DNA of 46,774 nt from Meiothermus sp. (GCA_033762915.1 JANRLD010000096.1:1-46774), one strand, 5' to 3'; counted from the stretch's first letter, positions 30,754 to 40,685 are shown. The notes: generated by a model from the letters alone, not told the origin. Numbers and translations: made by a program.

Positions 30754-31419
30754 ATGCGCCTGTTGGCCGTCTTTCCTCACCCCGACGACGAGATCAGCAC
30801 CATCGGCACCCTCACCAAGCACGTACTGCGCGGCGACCGGGCAAAAATCCTGTGGCTCACCAGGGGCGAGCTGGCCTCTCAGTTCGGCGAGACCGCGCCC
30901 GAGGAAGTGGCGCGGGTGCGCGAGGGCCACGGCAAGACGGTGGCCGAGATGGTGGGGGCGGAATACCAGTTCCTCGACTTCCCCGACGCCGGGATGAAGG
31001 GTGACCGGGAGGAGGCCCTCGAGATCGCCAAGGTCATCGCGGCCTTCAAAGCCGACGTGGTATTCACCTGGAACCCCCACGACGTTCACCCCGACCACCG
31101 GGCAGCTTACTGGGCCACCCTCTCGGCGCTCAAGTTCTGCCGACTGCCCAAGCTGGTGGGAGAGGCCCACCGCAGTCCAGTCCGGCTGCTCCACTATCAC
31201 CGCAACGACCTTCAGCGACCTAACGTCTACGTCGACATTGGCGAGGAGGGGCAGGCGGCTGCGGAGAGGGTCTTCGGTTTCTACCGCGACTTCTACGGCT
31301 GGGACTACACCCTCGAGCAGTTCAGGTCGAACCGCCTTCGGCTGGGTTCGGAGGCGGGGGTGAGGTTTGCGGAGAAGTTTCAGGGCGAGTCGCCTTTAGC
31401 CCATCCGTACCTGGGCTAA
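30754..31419 (+). CDS. PIG-L/LmbE family deacetylase (BshB-like)
   Basis: AVFPHPDDE, LTRGE, HPDH; leaderless TAAACT-7nt-ATG. Confidence 0.9.
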   Translation: MRLLAVFPHPDDEISTIGTLTKHVLRGDRAKILWLTRGELASQFGETAPEEVARVREGHGKTVAEMVGAEYQFLDFPDAGMKGDREEALEIAKVIAAFKADVVFTWNPHDVHPDHRAAYWATLSALKFCRLPKLVGEAHRSPVRLLHYHRNDLQRPNVYVDIGEEGQAAAERVFGFYRDFYGWDYTLEQFRSNRLRLGSEAGVRFAEKFQGESPLAHPYLG

Positions 31420-32728
31420 AGCCTGGGCTAACGTCTGAACTAAGGCCCGGACTAAGGCCTGAACCCGGCGGCGTGGTCGGTGTCTCCGGGCTGACCTCGC
31501 CTACCTCGAAGCTGCCCCTGGGGCTGGTGAAGGCGTAGGCGGCAAAGACCGCCACCAGAGCCACCGGCAGCAGGCTGTAGGCCCCCAACTCCCCCACAAA
31601 GACCAGCGCTGCGAAGGGCGCCCTGGCGATGCCCGCCAGCAGCGCCGCCATACCCACCAGGGCAGCGGTCTCGAGCGGTGGGGCCATCCACGGGAACACC
31701 TGCGCCACTAGGTGGGTCAGGATCAGGCCGGCCAGCCCCCCCAGGGTGATGGCCGGGGTGAGCTGTCCGCCGTAGGTTCGGACCCCGCCCCCCAGGATCA
31801 GCAGCGCGAGCTGCACCAGGAACAGCACTGCGATGAACTGCAGGCTCAGGATGGGGGTGGCCCCCAGTTGCACCCAGGCCAGCCCGCCCCCCACCGCCTC
31901 GGGCATGAAGAGCAGCACCACGCCCAACATCAGCCCGAAGGCGGCGTGGCGAACCGGGAAGCGAACCCGCCGCAGGTAGATTTGCAGGAAGCGCTCGCTC
32001 TCCAGCCACAACGTCCCCACGCCCGCGCAAACCAGGCCCAGCAGCAGTCCGAAGGCCAGGTGCGCCCATTGGAAGGCCCCCGGCGTCAGCTCGATCAGGG
32101 GCGTGTACCCCTGTAAAAATCCGTAGACCGTGAAACCCGCCAGCGCACCGATCAGGGCAGGCGCGAGTGCGCCGGCCTCGAGGGCCAGCCCCCGGTAGAC
32201 GATCTCTGAGGCCAGCAGCGCCCCCGCCATCGGGGCGTGGAAGGCCGCCGCGAAGCCCGCCGCCATACCCGCGAAGGGCAGGAACTTGCTCCCCTCGCCC
32301 AGCGGGATGCGCCGCCCCAGCGTCCCCCCGATCCACAGCCCGATGGCCGCCATCGGCCCCTCACGCCCAAACGGCGAGCCCGAGCCGAGCTGCACCACCG
32401 ACCCCAGCACCCCGCGCAGGTACTCCACCGCCCGCACGTTCTGCCCGCGCCGGTAGGCTGCCAGCAGCCAGCCCAGCCCCCGCCCAGAGCCGAGATAGCT
32501 GCTGAGGGCGAAGATGATCGGCAGTACCAGGACTAGCCACCAGTAGGTCGGCCCGGTGAAGGCCTGTGAAAGCTCCCCCTCGCTGGTCAGCCCCGGCGGC
32601 AGATACCCCAGCGTCTGACCAAGCACATAGGTCTGGATGATGTTTAGTAGCCAGTTCAGCCCCGCCGCCAGCAAACCTGTCAGCGCGCCCACCAAGGCGC
32701 TGTAGAGGATGAGGGGGCCGATTTGCAT
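31322..32728 (-). CDS. ClC chloride channel/transporter-like protein
   Basis: GREGP, AGMAAGFAAAFHAP, VGMAALLAGIARAPF; low-complexity C-terminal tail. Confidence 0.8.
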   Translation of the reverse strand: MQIGPLILYSALVGALTGLLAAGLNWLLNIIQTYVLGQTLGYLPPGLTSEGELSQAFTGPTYWWLVLVLPIIFALSSYLGSGRGLGWLLAAYRRGQNVRAVEYLRGVLGSVVQLGSGSPFGREGPMAAIGLWIGGTLGRRIPLGEGSKFLPFAGMAAGFAAAFHAPMAGALLASEIVYRGLALEAGALAPALIGALAGFTVYGFLQGYTPLIELTPGAFQWAHLAFGLLLGLVCAGVGTLWLESERFLQIYLRRVRFPVRHAAFGLMLGVVLLFMPEAVGGGLAWVQLGATPILSLQFIAVLFLVQLALLILGGGVRTYGGQLTPAITLGGLAGLILTHLVAQVFPWMAPPLETAALVGMAALLAGIARAPFAALVFVGELGAYSLLPVALVAVFAAYAFTSPRGSFEVGEVSPETPTTPPGSGLSPGLSSDVSPGFSPGTDGLKATRPETSPQTSPPPPNPAEGGST

Positions 32729-32991
32729 AGAGAGGATGAGTGGGGAGGGGAAAAGGTGAAAAGTGAGGAAGTGGGCAGAAGGCGGCTATGAGTAGGGGTA
32801 TGGCCCGCAGATCACCTTACCAAAACCGCTGTCTTTACGAGGTCTTGACCTGGTGCCCATGAGGACCGTCTCCGGATTCACCTGCGGAATCTCTACTTGC
32901 TGAAGACCTGTCTATTCGTCATGTCTGAATCCTTCCCGCATACTCGCTGACGCCCTTACTTCCCTCCTCCCTCTTCCTTCATCCCACCGCG

Positions 32992-34098
32992 TCATCCCCA
33001 CGATTCTACCGAAGATGCCGGGCTCCCGCGGGTGATGCGCGGACACTCGAGTCCCAGCGCCCGGTAGCCCGAGCGGGTGGCAGCGCGAACCAGGACCCGT
33101 TTGTCCACCTTTTCCCAGAGGAAAAGCGCCTCATTTCTAACGTCCAGATCGGGCGCACTGCCCCGGCTGTCGGTGCCCAGGGCGACCTCCACCTGGTGTT
33201 TGGCGTAGAGGCCCCAGGGAAGGGGGCCGCACTCGAGGCCCTGGTTGCTGCGGGGACAAGAGATTACCCTGCAGCCCGCCTGGGCCAGGGTCTGCACGTC
33301 GTTATCGTCTACCTGGACGGCGTGGACCAGGGTGAGGTTGGCCGAGAGCACGCCCAGCTTGGCGAGGTGCTGAACCGGGCTGACGCCGTGGCCCTGCCAG
33401 GCCGGATTGAACGGGGCCATGAACGCGGCCATGGGGCCGCTGTTGTCGCGGAAGTAGGCGGTCTCTTCGGGGCTCTCGGCGATGTGGATTTGAACCGGGA
33501 AGCCTTCGGCCTGGGCGGCCTCACAGAGCTTTTGCAGCAGCGGGGCGCTGACGGTGTGGGCCGTGTGGGGGGAGATGCCGACCTTAACCCGGCCTTCTTG
33601 GCGCTTCCAGGCCCGCAGCTTGGGCATCATGGTCCCGAAAATCTCGTCGGCCTTGGTGGGGTCGGCCCCCAAGACCTCGCGGTAGGCCACGCCGGGGAGG
33701 GGAGAGGTCTCGAGCAAAACCTCCATCGCCTCGTCCCGCGCCGCAATGTCGCCGTAGGCGCCCGTCCGGTTGGCCAGCAACTCCTCGAGCCCCACCTTTG
33801 CCGCCCCGGCGCCGCGCTGTGCGCCGTTCGCGATGACATGGCGGATAAACCCGGTGTACGGGCCCTGGTAGTAGGGCAGCGTGGATAGGTCGAGGTGGGT
33901 GTGGGCGTTGACCGTCGGCGGGGTGAGGGCCCGGCCCTTATGTACGACGGGCGCGGTGGGGAACTGGGTCTGAAGGTCTTTGAGCGCCCCCACTGCCGCC
34001 ACATGTTCACCGACGATGGCCAGGCCTCCCTCTAGCATCGGAGTGCCGAAGCCCGCATAGACCACTTCGGCAGTCCAGAGCTGGGGCTCGAGGGTCAT
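32992..34098 (-). CDS. Amidohydrolase family protein, possibly aminodeoxyfutalosine deaminase
   Basis: NAHTHLD, SPHTAHTVS, HIAES, HAV, CPRSN and LGTDS metal-binding motifs; substrate is inferred. Confidence 0.75.
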   Translation of the reverse strand: MTLEPQLWTAEVVYAGFGTPMLEGGLAIVGEHVAAVGALKDLQTQFPTAPVVHKGRALTPPTVNAHTHLDLSTLPYYQGPYTGFIRHVIANGAQRGAGAAKVGLEELLANRTGAYGDIAARDEAMEVLLETSPLPGVAYREVLGADPTKADEIFGTMMPKLRAWKRQEGRVKVGISPHTAHTVSAPLLQKLCEAAQAEGFPVQIHIAESPEETAYFRDNSGPMAAFMAPFNPAWQGHGVSPVQHLAKLGVLSANLTLVHAVQVDDNDVQTLAQAGCRVISCPRSNQGLECGPLPWGLYAKHQVEVALGTDSRGSAPDLDVRNEALFLWEKVDKRVLVRAATRSGYRALGLECPRITRGSPASSVESWG

Positions 34099-34384
34099 GG
34101 GGCCTCCGGGCTGAGCCGGCGGTCAGGGGGAAGTCCAGGTCCTCCCGACCCCCCGCGACTGCCATCATCGCCGGGCCGGCAGGCCGTCCGGCACAAACGG
34201 GTTGGCCCGAAACGGGGCCCCGTGGGCCTCTGCCAATCAAGCCGTGGGGCGGTACAGGGGCTCCCTTTCGGGCGACGGGTTCGGGCCAGTTGTCGGTCAG
34301 CCTGGGTTACGGCAGACGCCCAGGGGTGGGGCTGCTGTTGTCTTGGGTTTTGCCGTTGGGTTTTCTCCCGAACCCCCTCGAGCC

Positions 34385-35200
34385 TCACAACTTCCTCTCC
34401 AGCAGGTACCGGTTCGGCCCCCGCACGAAGCCCGTGGCGGCGTAGCCCGCCGCGAGGTAGTGCCCGAACGCCGCCCGGCTGTGTTCGCGCCACCGGTGGG
34501 CGAGGGCCGGGTTGGTCTGCATGATGGCACCCCAGTCTTCGGGGATCTGTAAGAGGAGGCGCTCGGCACTCAGGCCGAGCTCGAGGCCCGCTGGCTCCTC
34601 GTCTTCCACCCGGTTTGCCTGTACCAGGCTCTGCATGTCGGGTGGATCGAGTCTCTCGTATATTCGCCGGAACACCCGCTCAGAGCGCAAATCCCACAGC
34701 GCGTAGGCTCGGTCCGAGGCCGCGCCGGCGTTGAGGCCTTTCATTACCCCGTAGCAGTTGGGGATGTAGCGCTCGAAGGTGATGCCCAGCCGATTGAAGT
34801 TGAAGTTGGCGTTGAGGCCGCGCAGGGGGTCGAAGGTCCACACCACCCGCTCGTAGCCCCGGCTCAGGCACCAGTCGCGCTGGTACCGCTTGAGCATCAG
34901 CCCCACGCTGTGCCGCTGGTACTCCGGCATCACCCCCGCCATGTGGGAGTGCTGCTCGGTAGGCCGGTTGGTAGGGAAGCCGAGGACGAACCCCACCATC
35001 AGCTCCGAGCCCCTGGCCCCTGTCCCCAAGGCCGAGGGGTCGTTGACGAACGCCCCAGCCAGCAGCGCCCCCTCGTGCACCAGGGCCATCATGGTACCGG
35101 GTCGGATGGTGTCGTCGGGGTCGCCCCAGACGGCAGTCTCGAGCTCGACCACGCGGGCGTACTCGTCGGGGTCGTGGAGTTCGCGGATGTGAAAGTTCAT
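34385..35200 (-). CDS. GNAT acyltransferase, probable D-amino-acid N-succinyltransferase
   Basis: HSHMAGV..LKRYQR..WTFDPL..NANFN..LG..Y.PN.YG..SDR pattern; adjacent to NSAR/OSBS. Confidence 0.8.
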   Translation of the reverse strand: MNFHIRELHDPDEYARVVELETAVWGDPDDTIRPGTMMALVHEGALLAGAFVNDPSALGTGARGSELMVGFVLGFPTNRPTEQHSHMAGVMPEYQRHSVGLMLKRYQRDWCLSRGYERVVWTFDPLRGLNANFNFNRLGITFERYIPNCYGVMKGLNAGAASDRAYALWDLRSERVFRRIYERLDPPDMQSLVQANRVEDEEPAGLELGLSAERLLLQIPEDWGAIMQTNPALAHRWREHSRAAFGHYLAAGYAATGFVRGPNRYLLERKL

Positions 35201-35282
35201 AGAGAGCAAAGAGGAGGAAAGCGGAAAGAGAAGGTTGACCGTGTGGATTCTCCTTCCTCTTTGCGCTTTCCTCCAAAACGTC

Positions 35283-36392
35283 CTACTGCTCCGAAACGTA
35301 GGCGGAACGTTGAGTCAGCTCCACCACCATGTCCCGCTTGAGCGTAACTCCGATGCCAGGGCCTTGGGGGACGGGCATCATGCCGCCCTTGGACTCGAGG
35401 TTCTCCTCGATGATGTCCTCGTTCCAGTAGCGGCTGGCGCTGGAGGTGTCGCCCGGCTTGACGAACATCGGCAGGGTGGCGACGTGGATGTTTGCCGCGC
35501 GCCCGACTCCGCCCTCGAGCATCCCCCCCATCCAGACCGGCAGGCCGTAGCTCTGAGTGATGTCGTGGATCTTGCGGCTTTGCAGGATACCCCCGACGCG
35601 TCCCGGCTTGATGTTGATGACCCGGCCCGCCCCCAGCGCCAGCGCCTTGCGGGTATCCTCGGGGCCGGTGATGGACTCGTCCAGGCAGATCGAGGTGGTG
35701 ATGGCCTCTTGCAGCTTGGCGTGGTCCACGATGTCGTCGAAGGCCAGGGGCTGCTCGATGTAGTCGAGGCGGGCGGCGTCCATGGCCTTGAAGGTCTTGA
35801 TGTCGTTGAGGCTGTAGGCGGAGTTGGCGTCCACGGTCAGGTTGGCGTCGGGGTGGGCACCGCGAACGGCCTCGAGGAGCTTGACGTCCCAGCCGGGCTT
35901 GATTTTGAGCTTGATGCGCTTGTAGCCCGCCGCGAGGTTCTTGCCGACCTTTTCGACGGTCTCCTCGAGGGTGGGGTCGATACCCAGGCTGACCCCCACC
36001 GGGATCTCGGTGCGCACTCCGCCCAGCACCTTCCAGAGGGGCTGGTTCAGGCTCTTGCACCAGAGGTCCCAGAAGGCCATCTCGAGCGCGGCTTTGGCCA
36101 TCTTGTTGCCCCGGAACTCCGAGATCATGCCCCAGAGCTGTTCGGGGTTGGCGACCTCCTTGCCGATGACCTTGGGCAGCAGGAGGTGCTCGAGCACGTC
36201 CCAGGCCCCCGCTATGGTCTCCTCGCGGTAGTGGGGGGTGTGCTCCATCACCGTCTCGGCGTAGCCTTCCAGGCCCTCGCCGTAGAGCGTCAGCAGCACG
36301 ATGTGGCGCTCGGTCTGCACCCCGAAGCTGGTCTCAAAGCGGAACTTCAGCGGCAGCGAAAACTGGCGCAACTCGGCGGCTTCGATTTTCAT
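35283..36392 (-). CDS. N-succinyl/N-acylamino acid racemase / OSBS (enolase superfamily)
   Basis: FETSFG, KLKIKPG, DANSAY, EQPL, LDES, NIKPGRVGG, GGMLE, PGDTSSASRYW; leaderless TAGCAT-6nt-ATG. Confidence 0.92.
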   Translation of the reverse strand: MKIEAAELRQFSLPLKFRFETSFGVQTERHIVLLTLYGEGLEGYAETVMEHTPHYREETIAGAWDVLEHLLLPKVIGKEVANPEQLWGMISEFRGNKMAKAALEMAFWDLWCKSLNQPLWKVLGGVRTEIPVGVSLGIDPTLEETVEKVGKNLAAGYKRIKLKIKPGWDVKLLEAVRGAHPDANLTVDANSAYSLNDIKTFKAMDAARLDYIEQPLAFDDIVDHAKLQEAITTSICLDESITGPEDTRKALALGAGRVINIKPGRVGGILQSRKIHDITQSYGLPVWMGGMLEGGVGRAANIHVATLPMFVKPGDTSSASRYWNEDIIEENLESKGGMMPVPQGPGIGVTLKRDMVVELTQRSAYVSEQ

Positions 36393-36591
36393 GAGGCTAT
36401 GCTATAGGGCCGACAGGCCAAACGTCCATAGCGCGGGCGGTCTCTTCCGGGCGTGCCCCGGCTGGGCCGCCAGGATGCCTTCGTTACCCTGCCGCCTACG
36501 GCACAGGTTGGACCTGGTGGGATGTCGGCCAGTCGGGGGGGTGCAAATTCGACCTCGCTGCTCCCGGATCTCCGCTACACTCGTGCGCGGT

Positions 36592-37155
36592 ATGAAGAAT
36601 TTCCTCAGCAAGGGCTTCGCCCTACTCACCCTGTCGATCCTTCTGGCCAGTTGTGTTCCGTCCAACATTCCCTCTGGCGCGCGGGCGGTGACGATCAACG
36701 GCGCCACCGCCTACGTCTTCGAGGCCACCGGCTCCGGCCTGCTGCCCGACATCCGCATCAACTGGGGGGCCAAGCGCATCGAGGGTGAGGCGCTGAACCG
36801 GGCTCGAGCGGCTGACCTGCGCGACGCCCCCTTCACCTGCCCCGAGGCGGAGGCTTTCGCCTGGTTCAGGTCCCTGGGGGCCAACGAGCCCGGCATCGTG
36901 ATGCCGGACTTCAAGTTACAGCTCGAGAGCAGGGGCTACCGTGTCAGCGAGCAGTCCGCCCGCCAGTCGGGTGCTTCCTCTTTCCAGTACCAGGTGGTCA
37001 GCCGGGGTCAGCAGATGTTCTTCCTGACCTGGATCTGGTCGCCCACCACCAACCCCTCCCAGGTCTCGCTGGACGTGTGCAAGGTTCAGATGAAGCCTGG
37101 CGCCCCGCCGCTCAAGCTCACCTGGCAGCCCCGCAGTTCCGGAACTCTGCAATAG
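36592..37155 (+). CDS. Hypothetical lipoprotein
   Basis: MKNFLSK + hydrophobic stretch + LASC lipobox. Confidence 0.75.
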   Translation: MKNFLSKGFALLTLSILLASCVPSNIPSGARAVTINGATAYVFEATGSGLLPDIRINWGAKRIEGEALNRARAADLRDAPFTCPEAEAFAWFRSLGANEPGIVMPDFKLQLESRGYRVSEQSARQSGASSFQYQVVSRGQQMFFLTWIWSPTTNPSQVSLDVCKVQMKPGAPPLKLTWQPRSSGTLQ

Positions 37156-37316
37156 AGCCGTTCCCGCGCATACCCGGCACGGCGCTCTGCTCTTCGCTGT
37201 AAAGATGGGAAGTGCGAAAGGGGGGCCGTGTCCTCGGGCCCACCAAGCCTCGAAAGCCACTCCCACGGCCCCAGCTCAGGCGATTTTGTAGCTGCCCTGA
37301 CGCGCCCTGAAGGCGG

Positions 37317-38324
37317 TCAGTCCTTCACCCAGGTCAGCTCGAGTCGGGCCTCGATGTGGCCCACTTCCAACTTCCGGACGTTGTAGATGAGGGGGCGGCG
37401 ATAGGCGCTGGGGGCGTCAGGGGAGAGAACCCCCAGGGTCTCGAGCAGCTTAATCACCAGCGGCTCGCGGTACTCGTTGAGGCCGCTCTCGATCTTGAGC
37501 GTCACGCCGACGTTGCCCCACCTGGTGCCCCGGATCGCCATGCCGTAGTAGCCGTCGGCCCCACGCTTGACCGCAACGTTGGGCAGGGCCCGCATCAGGT
37601 CGGTGTCAATTACCCCTTCACCGGCCACCAGCTCGGGATGCCGGTTCATGGCCTGGAAGGCGGCCTCGAGGCCCGCGTGGTAGGCGGGTGGGGCGGCCTG
37701 CGGCTCGGCCATCAGGGCGAACATCCGGGCGGCCGGGGCCAGGGGCAGCACGAAGGCGGGGACGCTACAGCCGTCTATGCCAAAGGGGATGTGGTCGTGC
37801 CCCGACAGCTCACGCATAATTTTGAAATTGAGCTGCTGCACCGGGTGTTCGGGCAGCTCATAGCCTTTGGGGTCGGCCCCCATGGCCAGGGCGGTGGCCA
37901 GCATCCCGGTGTGCTTGCCGGAGCAGTTGTTGTGCAGGTCGCTGGGCACTTCTCCGGCCTTCTGCATCTCGCGCCGCGCCTCGTCGTCGAGGGGGTAGTG
38001 CGCTCCGCAGTTGAGGTAGGTCTCGTCGAGGCCGATCTTCTCGAGATAGCCCGTGACCAGCTCGATGTGCCGGGGCGTGCCGGTGTGCGAGGCGCAGCTC
38101 AGGGCGATCTCCTCGGGGGTGATGCCGAAGCGCTCGAAACCCCCCGTGAGGAACAAAGCCTGCACCTGGAAGGGCTTGGCCGAGGAACGCAAGTGCACCT
38201 CGAGTTCGGGATTGCCGGTATACGCCAGCAGTTGCCCGGCCGGGCTCGTCACCGCGATAGAAGCCCGGTGCCGGTTCTCGATCAGACCGTCGCCGCGATA
38301 GCCGTAAACATACGCATTGCCCAT
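37317..38324 (-). CDS. L-asparaginase II (Rhizobium-type, class 3)
   Basis: RSSAKPFQ, CASH, HNNCSGKH and DGCSVP motifs; leaderless TATGCT-7nt-ATG. Confidence 0.88.
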   Translation of the reverse strand: MGNAYVYGYRGDGLIENRHRASIAVTSPAGQLLAYTGNPELEVHLRSSAKPFQVQALFLTGGFERFGITPEEIALSCASHTGTPRHIELVTGYLEKIGLDETYLNCGAHYPLDDEARREMQKAGEVPSDLHNNCSGKHTGMLATALAMGADPKGYELPEHPVQQLNFKIMRELSGHDHIPFGIDGCSVPAFVLPLAPAARMFALMAEPQAAPPAYHAGLEAAFQAMNRHPELVAGEGVIDTDLMRALPNVAVKRGADGYYGMAIRGTRWGNVGVTLKIESGLNEYREPLVIKLLETLGVLSPDAPSAYRRPLIYNVRKLEVGHIEARLELTWVKD

Positions 38325-38954
38325 TTGCTACAGCATAAGGGGTCAGGGGCGGGCGGGGGGCGGGGGCAAGGGACGACCAGAAAAGGGTCCCAACCGCGGG
38401 TCGGGGGTCGTCCTCGACCCCGGGCGCCCAGGCGCGATGCGGGCCAGCCTACGCACTGCCGTTCTTCTGCCGACCCGTCCTGTCACGCTGTGCCCAAATT
38501 TCACGCTCACGCTAGGCGTTACAGGCGGAAACAGGATACGTTTCTTAGGGTCTGGCAAAAGCCGCATGGGGATTGCTTTTGGTAGGGTTCGGGGGTTTTA
38601 ATGTTGGCCAGGTCTCGAGGGCTGCGGGTAAGCAGCCTCGTTAACCGAGCATAACAGCAGCGTTAAGCCGCTATCATCGGCACAATTTGCCTTCTATGTG
38701 CGCTACTATGACTCTCACATCGGATGTACCGATGCAGGTGGTTAAGGGCCGAACTTGGCCCGGGCTAGACCGGCGGTAAAGGGTGAGTGTCTATCAGGGG
38801 TAGAGCTCACCGCAAGCTACAAAAGCTTGGCACGGGCAGAGGTGCGGAGCAAAGTCAGAACAGTGCCAACCCCACACCGCTAAAACCATTTGAGGCAACA
38901 CCGCTCGCAGCCCCGGAATGCGACGGTAGGTACATCTGCTCTTTCGGAGGCGCT

Positions 38955-40685
38955 ATGGGTGAATTGGTGTTTACAGGTGTGGTGATCGTCGTCTTGTGCA
39001 TGTACATCTTTGCCACCTTTGACGACGTGATCTTCGACCTGATCTATCTGTTTCGCTACAAAAAGTTCAAGAACAGTGGGTTGAGCATCGAGGAGATCGA
39101 GAAGGACAAGCCCAAGCGCATCGCGGTGATGATTCCAGCCTGGAAGGAGGCGGGGGTGGTGGCCCCGATGATCCGCTCGACCCTCTCTCTAGCCAATTAC
39201 TCGCCGCTGCACATAGACTTCTTCGTCGGCGTCTACCCCAACGACCTCGAGACCCTCGAAGAAGTCCGCGATCTGTCGCTCGAGTACGTCAACGTCCACT
39301 GCGTGGTCAACGGCAAGCCTGGCCCCACCAACAAGAGCCAGAACCTCAACTTCGTCTACTCCTACATCGAGAAGTTTGAGCGCGAGAACCGCTTCGAGTT
39401 CGAGGCCGTCGCGGTGCACGACGCCGAGGACATGGTTCACCCCTACACCTTCAAGCTCTACAGCGCCCTGCTGAACAAGCACGACATGGTGCAACTCCCG
39501 GTCTTCGCGCTGTTCCCCAAAGGGGGCTTCTTCAGCCGGCTGATCGCCTCCACCTACGCCGACGAGTTCGCCGAGCACCATCTCCACCACGTGCCGGTGC
39601 GCGAGCACCTGGGGATGTTCGTCCCCAGCGCCGGGACCGGATTTTGCATGCGCCGCGAGGTGATGCGCAGCCTGGCCCTCACCGGCGGGGTCTTCAACGA
39701 AAAGTCCCTCACCGAGGACTACGAGATGGCCCTGCGGCTGTGGCAGATGGGCTACAAGGTGCACTTCCACATCCAGCCCACCCAGCGCATGGACGACAAG
39801 GGCCAGGTGCGCTCGGAGATCGTCGCGGTGCGCGAGCACTTCCCCAACGAGCTGAGGATGTCCATCAGGCAGAAGGCCCGCTGGACCTACGGCATCGCGC
39901 TGCAGACCCCCAAGCTGATCGACAAGAGCCGCCTGACCGAGAACGACCGCATGACCCTGCTGCGCGACCAGAAGGGCAAGCTGACCAACCTGATCCACCT
40001 GATCGGCTACCCGGTGGCGCTGTACTCGCTGGCGGGCCTGTTCCTGGGCTGGCAGAGCGTACAGAACCCGCTGGTGCTGGCGCTCTTGTTCCTGGTGCTG
40101 GCGATCACCCTGTTCCGTCTGGGCATGCGCTTCCACTCGGTGCAGACCATTTATGGTACCCGCGAGGCCATGCTGGCGACGCTGCTGCTGCCCGGCCTGC
40201 CGCTGCGCTGGCTGGTAGCCAACTACATCAACACCATGGCGACCCTGCGCGCATGGCGCATCCACTACCTGCCCAACTGGGGCCAGGCCAAACCGGGAGC
40301 CAAGACCAAGGCCCCGCAGCCCGTCGGGGTGCCCAGGTGGGACAAGACCGAGCGCAGCGGCTACGTGGCCAAGGAAGTGCTGCGCGAGAGCCGCCGCAAG
40401 CTGGGCGACCACCTGCTCTTCCACGGCGACATCACCCCGCAGGAACTGGCCAAGGCCATGGAGAAGCAGAACTTCGGGGTCAACCGGCCCAAGCTGGGCG
40501 AGATCCTGCTTTCGGAGAAGCTGATTAGCGAGCAGAAGCTTCGCAAGCGCCTGGCCGAGCTGCGCTGGACACGCATGAGCCGCCTCACCATGGAGCTGAT
40601 GCCGCGCCCCAAGCGCAAGATGATCTTCCAGACCCAGGAGCAGATGATGCTCGAGCGCAACCCCAACATCACCATCCTGGACTGA
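38955..40685 (+). CDS. NfrB-like processive GT2 glycosyltransferase with C-terminal MshEN (c-di-GMP-binding) repeats
   Basis: IPAWKE, GPTNK, HDAED (DxD), VPSAGTG, SLTEDY, RQKARW (QxxRW), TM helices, WDKT, two KLGxxLL repeats; GGAGG before ATG 38955. Confidence 0.85.
   Translation: MGELVFTGVVIVVLCMYIFATFDDVIFDLIYLFRYKKFKNSGLSIEEIEKDKPKRIAVMIPAWKEAGVVAPMIRSTLSLANYSPLHIDFFVGVYPNDLETLEEVRDLSLEYVNVHCVVNGKPGPTNKSQNLNFVYSYIEKFERENRFEFEAVAVHDAEDMVHPYTFKLYSALLNKHDMVQLPVFALFPKGGFFSRLIASTYADEFAEHHLHHVPVREHLGMFVPSAGTGFCMRREVMRSLALTGGVFNEKSLTEDYEMALRLWQMGYKVHFHIQPTQRMDDKGQVRSEIVAVREHFPNELRMSIRQKARWTYGIALQTPKLIDKSRLTENDRMTLLRDQKGKLTNLIHLIGYPVALYSLAGLFLGWQSVQNPLVLALLFLVLAITLFRLGMRFHSVQTIYGTREAMLATLLLPGLPLRWLVANYINTMATLRAWRIHYLPNWGQAKPGAKTKAPQPVGVPRWDKTERSGYVAKEVLRESRRKLGDHLLFHGDITPQELAKAMEKQNFGVNRPKLGEILLSEKLISEQKLRKRLAELRWTRMSRLTMELMPRPKRKMIFQTQEQMMLERNPNITILD

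Noticed and set aside
32729..32991. Fluoride riboswitch upstream of the ClC gene
   Set aside because: No GGCGAUG..CGCC core, and the protein lacks the GNNL/GREGT ClC-F signature
34099..34384. Intergenic region with CCCGAACCCGTC, a GAAA tetraloop and protein-like fragments on the minus strand
   Set aside because: Motif order does not fit a c-di-AMP riboswitch, and I cannot tell structured RNA from a decayed ORF or GC-driven chance pairing
38838..38870. AGAGGTGCG (lysine riboswitch start) and GTGCCAA (SAM-I-like)
   Set aside because: Other conserved blocks of these riboswitches are missing and the downstream gene does not fit
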